Of a stretch of 64,000 nt of DNA, positions 52,881 through 64,000 are shown piece after piece. Where the stretch lies: contig NC_043000.1 of NCBI RefSeq assembly GCF_006345805.1, forward strand, positions 121,954,001-122,018,000, in the 5' to 3' direction. Position numbers and translations under genes: made by a program. The notes under the pieces are model-generated. The model did not search any database, was not told where the DNA came from, and saw nothing but the letters and a program-made list of their open reading frames with translations. Each line of letters opens with the position of its first letter. Within the stretch, counting starts at the first letter, position 1. The DNA comes from Octopus sinensis (lineage: Eukaryota).

Positions 52881-53400
52881 TTGACCTGGACGGAATAATT
52901 TCCATGCTTCTACAGTACATTTCAAACAACAATGCAACATCATCCTCATTTTCATTCTAGATCTTAATATTTCTGTTCCTCACTGAGAGCTGAAGCAACA
53001 CAGATTCTAAGCTCAAAGATAGCACATAGCAAAGCTACTCAAAGATGGCTTTCATACTAAGAGCCTCTTCATAAAAAGAATAAGCGTAGTGACGTGCTTG
53101 CTATGCGCCATCTTCTTTTGGAAAGGATTAATGTCAAACGACGTAATTCATAAATGAATTCATGTTATTTCTCCTGTTAAACGATTTTATCATTTACATC
53201 ACAGTAAGGAATTTGAAAATATGATTAAATATTTAAATGTCAGCAGGTTATTTTGATAAGAATTTAATATGATAAACGACTACGTTCTTTTAAATAATTC
53301 GAATGCCAGACACGTTCTATACTCTTGATATTCATAAACTGATGGACGTATAATCTCTCCTTAACTCACTCACGCCCTTCATACATACATACAGTCATTC

Positions 53401-53433
<33 letters not shown>

Positions 53434-53498
53434 ATATAATAGATAGATATAGAGAGATATATAGATATAGATGGATAAATATAGATATACTACATACC

Positions 53499-53540
<42 letters not shown>

Positions 53541-53542
<2 letters not shown>

Positions 53543-54367
53543 ACAAATGGGGAAATTAATTAATTAAGAAGTAATCAGTAATTTCACCAAGTAGAATTCG
53601 GCATGAAAAGGACCATTTCATGGTAAGCTTAAGTAATACTTTATAATTAGGGCTCAGCAACGATTCGCTTCACCACATACCGAAGTTTAGAAATAGCAGT
53701 CAACAAATCTTAGCTATTCCTTCTACTTTCAACGGGGGTTCCCAGAAAAATCAAAGCACTTGAAAACAAACCACGCAGGCAAAAGGAAAAAACGACGAAA
53801 ATCATTCTATAGTAGGTTACCCACGGAAGTACGTTTCGGAATTAGATCAGTATAAAGCCTAAATAATAAATAATTATACCTTACCCTTTGTTATTATTGA
53901 TAATGGAATTTTTCTCCCAGATAAAAAAAAATAGTTTCTCTCTGTAGCATCTTGCATGTCAACACGCTGGTGGGCGTGGGAGGATGACTTACTCTTATTG
54001 TTTTTTTTTATTTGGCGGCACTAGGACGGAATATGATCTCTCTGATACCAGTGCCTTCAAATTTAACATGTAATAATTTATAATTGAGGAATCCCACGCT
54101 GAAGAACCGAAAATGGTCGGGTAAGGTATAATTATTTATTATTTATGCTTTATACTGATCTAATTCCGAAACGTACGTCCGTGAGTAACCTGATATAGAA
54201 TGATTTTCGTCGTTTTTTCCTTTTGCCTGCGTGGTTTGTTTTCAAGTGCTTTGATTTTTCTGGGAACCCCCTTTAAAGTAGAAGCAATAGCTAAGATTTT
54301 TTGACTGCTATTTGTAAACTTCGGTATGTGGTGAAGCGAATCGTTGCTGAGCCCTAATTATAAAGTA
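53541..54367. mobile_element. PLE-like fold-back element: 250-bp inverted arms (53637-53886, 54119-54367), in (TA)n
   Basis: Arms about 95% identical by eye; contains a hammerhead-like motif; (TA)n on both sides. Confidence 0.8.
54093..54185 (+). ncRNA. Type I hammerhead-like motif with 62-nt stem II region
   Basis: CCCACG-CTGAAGA...CC-GAAAC-GTAC-GTC-CGTGAG; the left-arm copy reads CGTGGG, a perfect 6-bp stem I partner; stem II closing pair unclear. Confidence 0.5.
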
Positions 54368-54372
54368 TATAT

Positions 54373-54428
<56 letters not shown>

Positions 54429-54725
54429 CATACATGTGTGTGTTTGTGTATACATACATATATTTGTTTGTATGTATGTATCTATGTGGATATATAGTTA
54501 ATGCTACCTGTGTTTTATCAACTTTGATGAGAACGCGTTATAAGTTCTCCCTTGGAATAATGTTTCTCGAGGCACATCACTCACAGATATCTTTGCATTT
54601 TATTGTTTATACCTGTACCTGACGAGTTTCATGTACCATAGCTAAAAAGTATTCTAACACGCATACCGCTATCTATCTATGTCTTTATCTTTCTCTCTCT
54701 CTCTCTCTCTTTCCCCATGTATATA

Positions 54726-55125
54726 TCTATAATATAATTTGGACATGGGCGATCATTGTATTCTTTCTTGTTTTGAGATTCACAGCCAAACGGCTGGGGG
54801 GATTCGCATGAAAACTAGCACACATGTGGAGACAGGTGTATAGCTTGGAATGCAGTTTGTATTTTTTCATAACCCCCATACTCACCGAGAAAATAGATTA
54901 AAACTGTTTCTAACAGAATGTTCCTCTTTCTTCTGCCTTTAAACAACCAGTTGCTTAGAAGCTGTTTTCTGACGGGGTGGGGCCAGGAAATGTTCGTGCA
55001 ACTGGAGGCTCCAATCGAAACGGAGGACCCGAAATCATAAGGTTGATAAACGGTGTTATAGACTATGCCTAACCGAAAATTATCACCACATCATCAGACT
55101 TCGGTGAAACCGGGCTTATATGCTA

Positions 55126-55126
<1 letters not shown>
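54726..55126 (+). mobile_element. Non-autonomous Helitron
   Basis: A|TCTATAATATAA 5' end, CGGTGAAACCG subterminal hairpin, CTAG|T 3' end. Confidence 0.8.
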
Positions 55127-55159
<33 letters not shown>

Positions 55160-55372
55160 AGTTGCGAAATCATTGGTCACTCTATGACCAGACATTAACT
55201 TTATTACTTTCATACTTTACTGCTTTATAGTTGAAAGTGTGTTTCTTTTTGTGATATATTATGCATTAAACATAGATTTGGACTTATCCCTTTTCCTGTC
55301 TGTTTTTATCTTCTGAACAACAGTATATAACGCGTAGAATTAAGGATTTTCTAATCGCATTAATTTTCGCAG

Positions 55373-55531
55373 TTACTCACTCATGGCATTCGAATTCCAT
55401 GTCTCAGATAAGTAATTCTGAACTGTATCTAGAATTCTTATGCTTGATGCCTACTTTCGGATTTCCTGCTAAAATTAATGTTGATATTCAGAATTTGTGC
55501 CACAACGTCAGTTCTGTTTCCATATATTCTG
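55373..55531 (+). CDS. Candidate 159-nt phase 1-1 exon, product unknown
   Basis: Acceptor CTAATCGCATTAATTTTCGCAG, donor G|GTAACT, frame open throughout (THSWHSNSMSQISNSELYLEFLCLMPTFGFPAKINVDIQNLCHNVSSVSIYS). Confidence 0.2.
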
Positions 55532-56186
55532 GTAACTTCAACATATTTCTAACATAATAAAAAAAGTATTTCTCTGATGTGTTCGTGACAAAACCGAAAC
55601 TAATCAATGTTTTCGCGAATTGACTTTAAACGCAAAATCGAATATTTGTTCAGTTGAGTTTTTAAAAGCGTCCAGAAGAATATATGTCCAAATTTCATGC
55701 ATAATATCAATAAATCTAACATCTGCTGGATTTTATTGTGTGTATAACTTAAAGCTAGGATCGTTTCCAGGACGTGAACTGCTTGGAATTTACAGCTCGT
55801 TAAAGCTCCACTAAAACAGACCATGATTTTATTTCATACTTAAGCATAACGACTTCAGATTATTAAGCAATAATAAAATGCAATGTGGCACTTATATTTT
55901 TGTAAATGCCATTAACTGATTGGGTGCACTTAGTATCAACGAACAATGAAAATAAGATCAGCTTAACAACGCGTGATAGCATAGCAACAATTCGAAAATT
56001 GAATTATTTTGGTTTGCAACAAATTACCTGTGACATGAGGAGATGTTTTCAACTATATATGATTGCTAATATCATGTTATATATTCAAAACTCTAATGTC
56101 TAATTTATCAATCTCTTTTCTCTTTACTTACGATTTACTGACGATCATATTATATTACTTTTATTCACACTGGGAAAACAAATGCC

Positions 56187-56856
56187 ATTATTGTGACATG
56201 CTTATTACAGAAAATATTATATTTTCAAAATCCCCTTATCTAATTTGATATCATAATGTTCTCCCCGTGTTATATATCGGTATGCTAAATAAAATATTAT
56301 ATAAATGTATTTCTTATACATTGGATAATTTGCTCTGAGATTAACATCGCCTGAAGACGCGGCATGTTAGAGGTTGCAATGAACCTCTCCTCAAATTTGA
56401 CCTCGGCGGAATTTGAACTCATAACGTAGCTGCAGACAAAATACCCGTTTCTTTATTACCCACAAGGGGCTAAACATAGAGAGGACAAACAAGGACAAAC
56501 AAACGGATTAAGTCGATTATATCGACCCAGGGCGTAACTGGTACTTCTTTAATCGACCCCGAAAGGATGTAAGGCAAAATCGACCTCGGCGGAATTTGAA
56601 CTCAGAACGTAACGGCAAACGAAATACCTATTTCTTTACTACCCATAAGGGGCTAAACAAATTATTGTGACATGCTTATTACAGAAAATATTATATTTTC
56701 AAAACATCCTTATCCAATTTGACATTATAATGTTCTCCCCATGTTATATATCGGTATGCTAAATAAAATATTATGTAAATGTATTTCTTGTACATTGGAT
56801 AATGTACTCTGAGATTAACATCGCCTGAAGACGCGGCATGTTAGAGGTTGCAATGA
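56187..56856. repeat. About 195-bp direct repeats (56187-56382, 56661-56856) enclosing a truncated minus-strand SINE A dimer
   Basis: ATTATTGTGACATGCTTATTACAG...GAGGTTGCAATGA occurs twice. Confidence 0.9.
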
Positions 56857-58290
56857 GATATTATTTCAACAAGATCTCTGACCATATTTTGATAAACTAC
56901 AAGTGGGGTTACATTTCCGACTAAATTCTATAAAACCATTAATTTTTTTTGTTTTTTTCCCCAATGTCATATATAAAAGTAACTTTTAGCAAGAGAGATT
57001 AATTTTTAATTGTGTTTTGTGATTATACAATGTTTCGTATCATCACTTACGATCCGCAGTATTTCATAATGATGTGACAGCCTGAGTAGTATTATTAACT
57101 GATGGTCACATATGCCCTGATGCATAGGTTTTCCTTGATATACAAGGTGGGATTTATTTCGGGTGCTGATTTTCGTTTCAGTGTATGACGTAGTATTCTT
57201 ATAACACAAGCCTTCCAAGCTAACGAGCTGAGTTGACATTTAAATGGTCTAGCAGTTCTATAAGTAATAAATCGAAACTAGCTTTGTGCTATGATCTATT
57301 TAATTTACCATTATAGCCACCAAATATTTTCCTATTGCTTAAATGGGAATCCCGGTAATCGGTGTCACATGGTGATGACCAACATTTGATTAATTCATGG
57401 TGTAATTAACTAATGAATTTACTACAAATTTCGTTACAGAAATCCGGATATTATTTCAATAAGATCACTTCGCCAACTTTGTTGAAGTACACAATATTAC
57501 ACTGCTGTTATTGATATATTGTGTAGCTATTTAACAAGTTCTGAAAACCGTTGAGTCCTGATACCTGACCAACATATCCATGACTGTAAATTGATGCTTT
57601 TAAGTTAATTAATTTATTGTAACTAATTGGAACTACAAGACCAATAGCAACTACTACTACTACTACTACTACTTCTACTACTGCTACTACTAATAATATT
57701 AGCACACTATCACCGTCACCGCAGCTGTTGATATTCTTATTGCTATTGCTTCTAAAGATGTGGTATTGAACATAATGGTAAATAATAATAATGAACAATG
57801 ATGATGATGATGATATTTTCATTATTGGTACACATATTTTACCCATGCTACGAAATGTTATTAGAAACATTCAAAATAAAATTAATAGATAGACATGGAT
57901 AACGAATTGAGGGCTTCACATAAGAGACATGTCGCGTACGTTGCGACAAAAAAAAAAAAAACAAGCCACTTTTCTAATTACCAAATATATCAGAAGAAAA
58001 TATATTCAATATACCTTTTAAGAAATACGGTTAAATACACACCAGACTGCCACAAATATTTTACTCAACGGAAAATATCACTGAAAAGAAAGTAATTGAA
58101 TAATGTATTTTCTTAATTTGAAAGCAACCGGAACTATTTCTTGTGAATGTTATCTTATTATCTTCACCAAAAGAAGTACATTATTAAACTGACTGCTTCT
58201 GTGCGTTGTCAACATATTTGATGTATTATTGAAGTTACTCATACATGTCTTTGACTCTAATTATCATGACACTAATAAATACACCCTTAT

Positions 58291-58894
58291 TTCTTAATTG
58301 CCCACAAGGGGCTAAACATAGAGGGGGCAAAGAAGGACAGAGAAACGGATTAAGTCGATTACATCGACCCCAGTGCGTAACTGGTACTTAATTTATCGAC
58401 CCCGAAAGGATGAAAGGCAAAGTCGACCTCGGCGGAATTTGAACTCAGAAAGTAACGGCAGACGAATACCTATTTCATTACTACCCGCAAGAGGCTAAAC
58501 ACAGAGAGGACAAACAAGGACAGATATAAGGATTAAGTCGATTACATCGACCCAGTGCGTAACTGGTACTTAATTTATCGACCCCGAAATGATGAAAGGC
58601 AAAGTCGACCTCAGCGGAATTGGAACTCAGAACGCAACGGCAGACGAAATACCTGTTTCTGTATTTCTTTACTACCCACAAGGGGCTAAACACAGAGAGT
58701 ACAAACAAGGACAGACAAACGGATTAAGTCGATTACATCGACCCCAGTGCATAACTGGTACTTAATTTATCGACCCCGGAACGATGAAAGGCAAAGTCGA
58801 CCTCAGCGGAATTTGAAACCAGAACGTAACGGCAGACGAAATACGGCTATGCATTTCACCCGGTGTGCTAACGTTTCTGCCAGCTCGCCGCCTT
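58291..58894 (-). mobile_element. SINE family A: one head plus three tandem bodies
   Basis: Units start at 58291, 58471 and 58662; head only at 58840-58894. Confidence 0.9.
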
Positions 58895-59502
58895 CTAATA
58901 AATACATCCTGATGATAGAAATAGTTGTGTTATATTGTCCGAAATGAACAATTTGAATTTATAGAAAATATTTTGGCATCCGTCCCTATGTATGAGAATC
59001 TGCGCCCTACTATAATTTCTTCATGCACAAAGCACGTCGGCAATAATTTCTAGTATCGTAATTTGAATGTTGATCTTCGGCAAATTATTCCCATGCTAAA
59101 TATTATATTGAATTCAGTAAAGTTTCTAGTTGTGTGTTGATTCCGCTTCAGTATGATGTCTAAGGGCTACATGTGTCTGTGTTTATTTTTGTACGCAGAT
59201 TATGTTTCCCTCTACGTCTGTTAAACATTGATAACGTCTTGTATATAATTTTCCTTCCGCCGACAAACCTATCGTTATATATGCTGTGGTAACGTATATG
59301 TATACCTAGGAAGTCTTATAATTTTACATAGTCAACTGAAACACATCCATGTAGACTTCTAGGCATAATTAAAATAACACTTTGTTATGTTATTATCGCA
59401 TTCAGTATTACACACTCTTACAATCAACATCAATTACACAATTATTGGAAGGAACTAGGAGACTACAAGATAAAACAAATACGGTTTATAAACTCAATAA
59501 AA

Positions 59503-59681
59503 AGGCGTAGAGTGTGTGTGTGGTAAGTAGATTGCTTACCAACCACATGGTTCCGGGTGCAGTCTCACTGCGTAGCACCTTGGGCAAGCGTCTTCTGCTA
59601 GAGCCTCGCGCTGACCAAAGTCTTGTGAGAGGATTTGGTAGACAGAGACTGAAAGAAGCCCGTCGTATATATGTATGCATG

Positions 59682-59713
<32 letters not shown>

Positions 59714-60415
59714 ATATATATATATATATAATATATATATATATATGCGGTGATATACATCTGGAAAATCCTGGAGAGTCTTGTCCCAAACTTTGGCATT
59801 CAAAGTTACCCCAACCGCAGAACGGGGCGCCACTGCATGGTGCCAAAAATTCCAACATCACCATCAAAATACAGGTCCAGATACTGCAACAGCTTGGGTT
59901 TCAGAGGACCACAGCTCTTTAACATCCTCCCTAAATGCCTGAGACACTTACATGGTGTGAATGTGGATTTCTTTAAAACTAAACTGGATCTCTTCTTGGG
60001 GGTCCCAGATGAACCTACCTCACGACAGGAGACACAGAAGCGGGCAGCGCATCGAACTCCCTTGTTGATCAAGTGCCATGTATCAGAGGTGGATTCACAT
60101 ATTAGTGTAGCTCATTCAGCGGTGGTGCCCCAGCATGGCCGCGGCCTTCGGGCTAAAATATTTTAAAGGATTTAACGATTTAAGGATATATATGTGTGTG
60201 TCTGTGTGTGTGTGTGTGTGTGTTTGTCCCCCACCCCAACATGGCTTGACAACCGAATCGGGTGTGTTTACATACCCATCACTTAACACCGGTAGAATAA
60301 GTACTAGGCTTACAAAGAATAAGTACCGGGGTCAATTTGCTTGACTAAAGGCGGTGATCCAGCATGGCCGCGTTCAAATGACTGAAACAATTGAAATAGT
60401 AAAGAGTAAAGCGTA
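59503..60415 (+). mobile_element. Composite SINE B/D interrupted by a LINE fragment
   Basis: B half 59503-59670, (TA)n, LINE insert, (TG)n, D half 60215-60415. Confidence 0.9.
59745..60186 (+). mobile_element. CR1-group LINE 3' fragment (second family)
   Basis: IYIWKILESLVPN...GPQLFNILP...FKTKLDLFL...VPDEP; tail GGTGGTGCCCCAGCATGGCCGCGGCCTTCGGGCTAAAA. Confidence 0.9.
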
Positions 60416-60721
60416 TAAAAACATTGATAAACATTTACTGAACCGTTAGAAAGCGTAAAAAGAAACCGAACAGATGGCTGAAAATGCTAGAACAAATACA
60501 AACACTAACCTAAGATTAGTCTAAGTTCGAGCAATCTAAATTGTTACCAATGTTATGATAACGTACTTAGATTGAGTATTTTGTTTTGATGTACACTGAT
60601 AAAATATTATCCTGCACATATTAAGGGCAAGAATTTCTGTTATGATGAAGATTTTTATAGTATATATCTTGTACATGCTAGGCTTAAACTGTCATATAAA
60701 ACCTGTGCACGCGCGTATATG

Positions 60722-60978
60722 GTAACGTAACGGCAGACGAAATACCTATTTATTTACTACCCACAAGGGGCTAAACACAGAGAGGAAAAACGAGGAAAAA
60801 CAAACGGATTAAGTCGATTATATCGAGCCCAGTGCGTAACTGGTAATTATTTAATCGACCCCGAAAGGATGAAAGGCAATGTCGACCTCGGGGGAATTTG
60901 AACTCAGAACGTAACGGCAGACGAAATACCGCTAAGCATTTCGTCCGGTGTGCTAACGTTTCTGCCAGCTCACCGCCT
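60722..60978 (-). mobile_element. SINE family A
   Basis: Full monomer plus junction remnant. Confidence 0.9.
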
Positions 60979-61115
60979 TCTAATAAATACATCCTTATGA
61001 TAGAATTAGTTGTGTTATATTGTCCGGAAAGAACAATTTGAATTTATAGAAAATATTTTGGCATCCGTCCCAATGCATGAGAATCTGCGCCCTACAATAA
61101 TTTCTTCATGCACAA

Positions 61116-61388
61116 AGCACTGGGGTCGATATAATCGACTTAATCCGTTTGTCTGTCCTTGTTTGTCCTCTCTGTGTTTAGCCCCTTGTGGGTAGTAAAG
61201 AAATAGGTATTTCGTCTGTCTTTACGTTCTGAGTTCAAATTCCGCCGAGGTCGATTTTGCCTTTCATCCTTTCGGGGTCGATTAAATAAGTACCAGTTAC
61301 GCACTGGGGTCGATATGATCGACTTAATCCCTTTGTCTGTCCTTGTTTGTCCCCTCTGTGATTAGCCCCTTGTGGGTAGTAAAGAAAT
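61116..61388 (+). mobile_element. SINE family A headless dimer
   Basis: Starts mid-body at GCACTGGGGTCG; GAAATAGGTATTTC junction at about 61202. Confidence 0.9.
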
Positions 61389-62440
61389 ATATACAATGTT
61401 TCGTATCATCACTTTTAGGTGATGCCTGGATAAATTTTAACTTGTCTCGGAAATAGCGATTCCAACAGAATATAATGTTGTTTTCTATTCTGATCGTGTC
61501 AAGTACTCAGCTACATTCAATAGTCAGCTTTATGTTTTACACAGTTTTTAACACAAGAAAATTATCACCATATTGTATTTTGTCTTGTTCTAGTTAATTT
61601 AACGTCACTCTACACATACTATCATGCAAACTTCACTGTTTTACACGCCTAGCTTTCTCTCCATTCACGTTAATATGTTGTCTGGATAAAGTATAATCTC
61701 TTAGTTATAAATTAAACTATAAACAAACCATAACCATTAAATATTCCATAGTTATTCTTTTATAGCTAACGACTTCAATTAAAGATCAATGTTTGAAATC
61801 AATAATTAATAAGGCCAAATATTTCAGTAATTAATTTCTTAGTTTCCATAATTTTGCTATTTTACTTGGCTTTATACAATTATATCTAAATGGTGTAAAT
61901 CTTAAGTTATCTTTTCTTGCGTAAAACCAATTTAAGCTTTCCAATAATTAAAATCGTTTACGTTATTTTGATTCCCTATATATATATATTATCCAGTATA
62001 TAAGATAAAGTTTGCAACAGTGCTGCGTATAGAGAGACAAGTATTTAGATTATGTAAATAATATATTGATTGGATTCACAGGTATTATAGCAACCAAATA
62101 CTTAACCTCATTAACAATTCTTTATCAGACTAACTCAATCTACAACACTCAATGTACAACACTGATGGAAATATACGTTTGCTTCTCTCGAACAAAATGA
62201 TTCCTTAGATTATCAGACAAAATAAACATGAATAGAGAACGGGACGAATTATATTTGCGACTGCATACAACGGTGATAGTATTTAATAAATTAAGGCATA
62301 GAGACATTTTAATTCTGACAAAAATAAGACAGTGATTCATATAACAATTTCAATTTTCACTTGATATTTTATCAATGTTGAATTCATCATAAAATCCCGA
62401 AAATTCAACGCGATATGATTAAGAATATTTGTATACCTTG

Positions 62441-62841
62441 AAGGCGGCGAGCTGGCAGAAACGTTATATATAGCGGTATTTCGTCTGCCGTTACGTTCTG
62501 AGTTCAAATTCCGCTGAGGTCGACCTTGCCTTTCATATTTTCGGCGTCGATAAATTAAGTACCAGTTACGCACTGGGGTCGATATAATCGACTTAATCCG
62601 CTTGTCTGTCCTTGTTTGTCCCTTCTGTGTTTAGCCCCTTGTGGATAATAAGGAAATATGTATTTCGACTACCGTTACGTTCTGAGTTCAAATTCCGCCG
62701 AGGTCGACTTTGCCTTTCATCCTTTCGGGGTCGTTTAAATAGGTACCAGTTTCGCACTGGGATCGATATAATCGACTTCATCCATTTGTCTGTCCTTGTT
62801 TGTCCCCTCTATGTTTATCCCCTGTGGGCAATAAAGAAATA
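62441..62841 (+). mobile_element. SINE family A dimer
   Basis: Head plus two bodies. Confidence 0.9.
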
Positions 62842-63410
62842 AATAATTGTATACCTTTCTTCATATTTCAGCATGCATGATTATTTATGTTATTACTTAT
62901 CTATTTCAAACAGTATAATTATATAAAGGTTTGTATATTTTCGAGTAGAAATCATGTGTCAATTTTAAAATATGCTCAAGATAGCATGGGGAAATATTCA
63001 TGTTTGTATAAATATACTTCAACCCTTAGTTCCCGAATCATTTGAAGGTGTCAGTGTTAAAGTATTTATGTACTCCACGGATCTATCATTACATTTCTCA
63101 GAGGAATGTTTTACAAAAGGTCTACTAACCGTGTCCCTATTCATAGCCTTCTCGGTGCTTGATTACATTAGGAAACTGAATTCTAATATCTTCATTTTCA
63201 TCCAAGTAACAGAGTATCACACACATTCAAAAATTTAATACAGAAATTTTACGTAGCCTTTTAGAAAGCTTGCTTTGCTCTGTTAATATTTTATAATACC
63301 ACAACTACGTGAGTGTTTTCCTTGTTATTACACAAATAGGCGATACATTGTTACGTTTATATATTTGTTTTGCAAGAGTCTTGATGTGAAATCGTGTGTT
63401 GAAACAGATG

Positions 63411-63744
63411 TTGTTGTATTTAGGGATGGTCATGTTGCCAGTTTAGCCAATAAAAACACACGCACTATATATATATATTTGGTGTTAATTTGCTTCAGCT
63501 TATTTTATTTTTACATTAATATTTCGGCCAGAGTTCTTTCGTCACACTTCTGTGACCTCATCAGTAGTCCTTTGCTTCTTTCTTATTTGTGTGTTTCTTA
63601 TTTGTGTAACGAAAGAACTCTGGCCGAAATAAGATTAAGATTAATGTAAAAAATAAATAAAGCTGAAGCAAATTAACACCAAATATATAGTGCATGTGTT
63701 TTTATTGGCTAAACTGGCAATATGACCATCCCTAAATACAACAA
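63411..63744. mobile_element. PLE-like fold-back element, about 140-bp arms (63411-63547, 63604-63744)
   Basis: Inverted arms; hammerhead-like motif straddles the left arm and spacer. Confidence 0.8.
63526..63570 (-). ncRNA. Minimal type I hammerhead-like motif
   Basis: Minus strand GGACTA-CTGATGA-G-GTCACA(GAAG)TGTGAC-GAAA-GAAC-TC-TGGCC; intact core, perfect 6-bp stem II, very short stem III, 4/5 stem I. Confidence 0.6.
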
Positions 63745-64000
63745 TAAGCGTTACTTTTTAATGTACTTACATGTTTTATTCACATCTTGCTGCAAGTTTA
63801 CTGGCTTTCTCAATCTGTTTTGCCAGAGATCTTTACGAAGGACATTTAACGGCCGATGCTAGTTTTAAATAATTTTATTAATGTGCGTTATAAAGAAAGC
63901 TACATCACGATATGTTTCTGAAATGCAGACCTGAATAGCATATTATTGCATGAGGGTCAGTAACATTCATCAAATGGAATGATACTAATATATTTGAATG

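Noticed and set aside
58291-58894. Regularly spaced repeats resembling a CRISPR array
   Set aside because: Contiguous SINE bodies with no unique spacers, in a eukaryotic context

Overview
AT-rich, repeat-saturated eukaryotic non-coding DNA, most likely from an octopus. This is inferred from the SINE families and the extreme (TA)n/(TG)n/(GATA)n density. There is one 100-N scaffold gap at 21609-21708. I found no intact gene that I can name, and almost all ORFs in the supplied track are microsatellite or repeat artefacts. The recognisable content is decayed mobile DNA: four tRNA-derived SINE families (about 30 copies, one family often in head-to-tail multimers); a 2.6 kb 5'-truncated CR1-group LINE plus two 3' fragments; two R4/Dong-like RLE fragments; RTE fragments; two mariner remnants; three non-autonomous Helitron-like pieces; Penelope-like (PLE) remnants; and a probable decayed Ty3/Gypsy pol. 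The most interesting signals, all read by eye and needing computational confirmation, are: (1) five type-I hammerhead ribozyme-like motifs, four with unusually long AT-rich stem II inserts; (2) fold-back elements, two of which have their inversion point inside a hammerhead stem II; (3) all CR1-group pieces sit in (TA)n tracts, including one inside the internal microsatellite of a SINE that shares its 3' tail hairpin; (4) a few candidate small host exons, including a pair only 44 nt apart.
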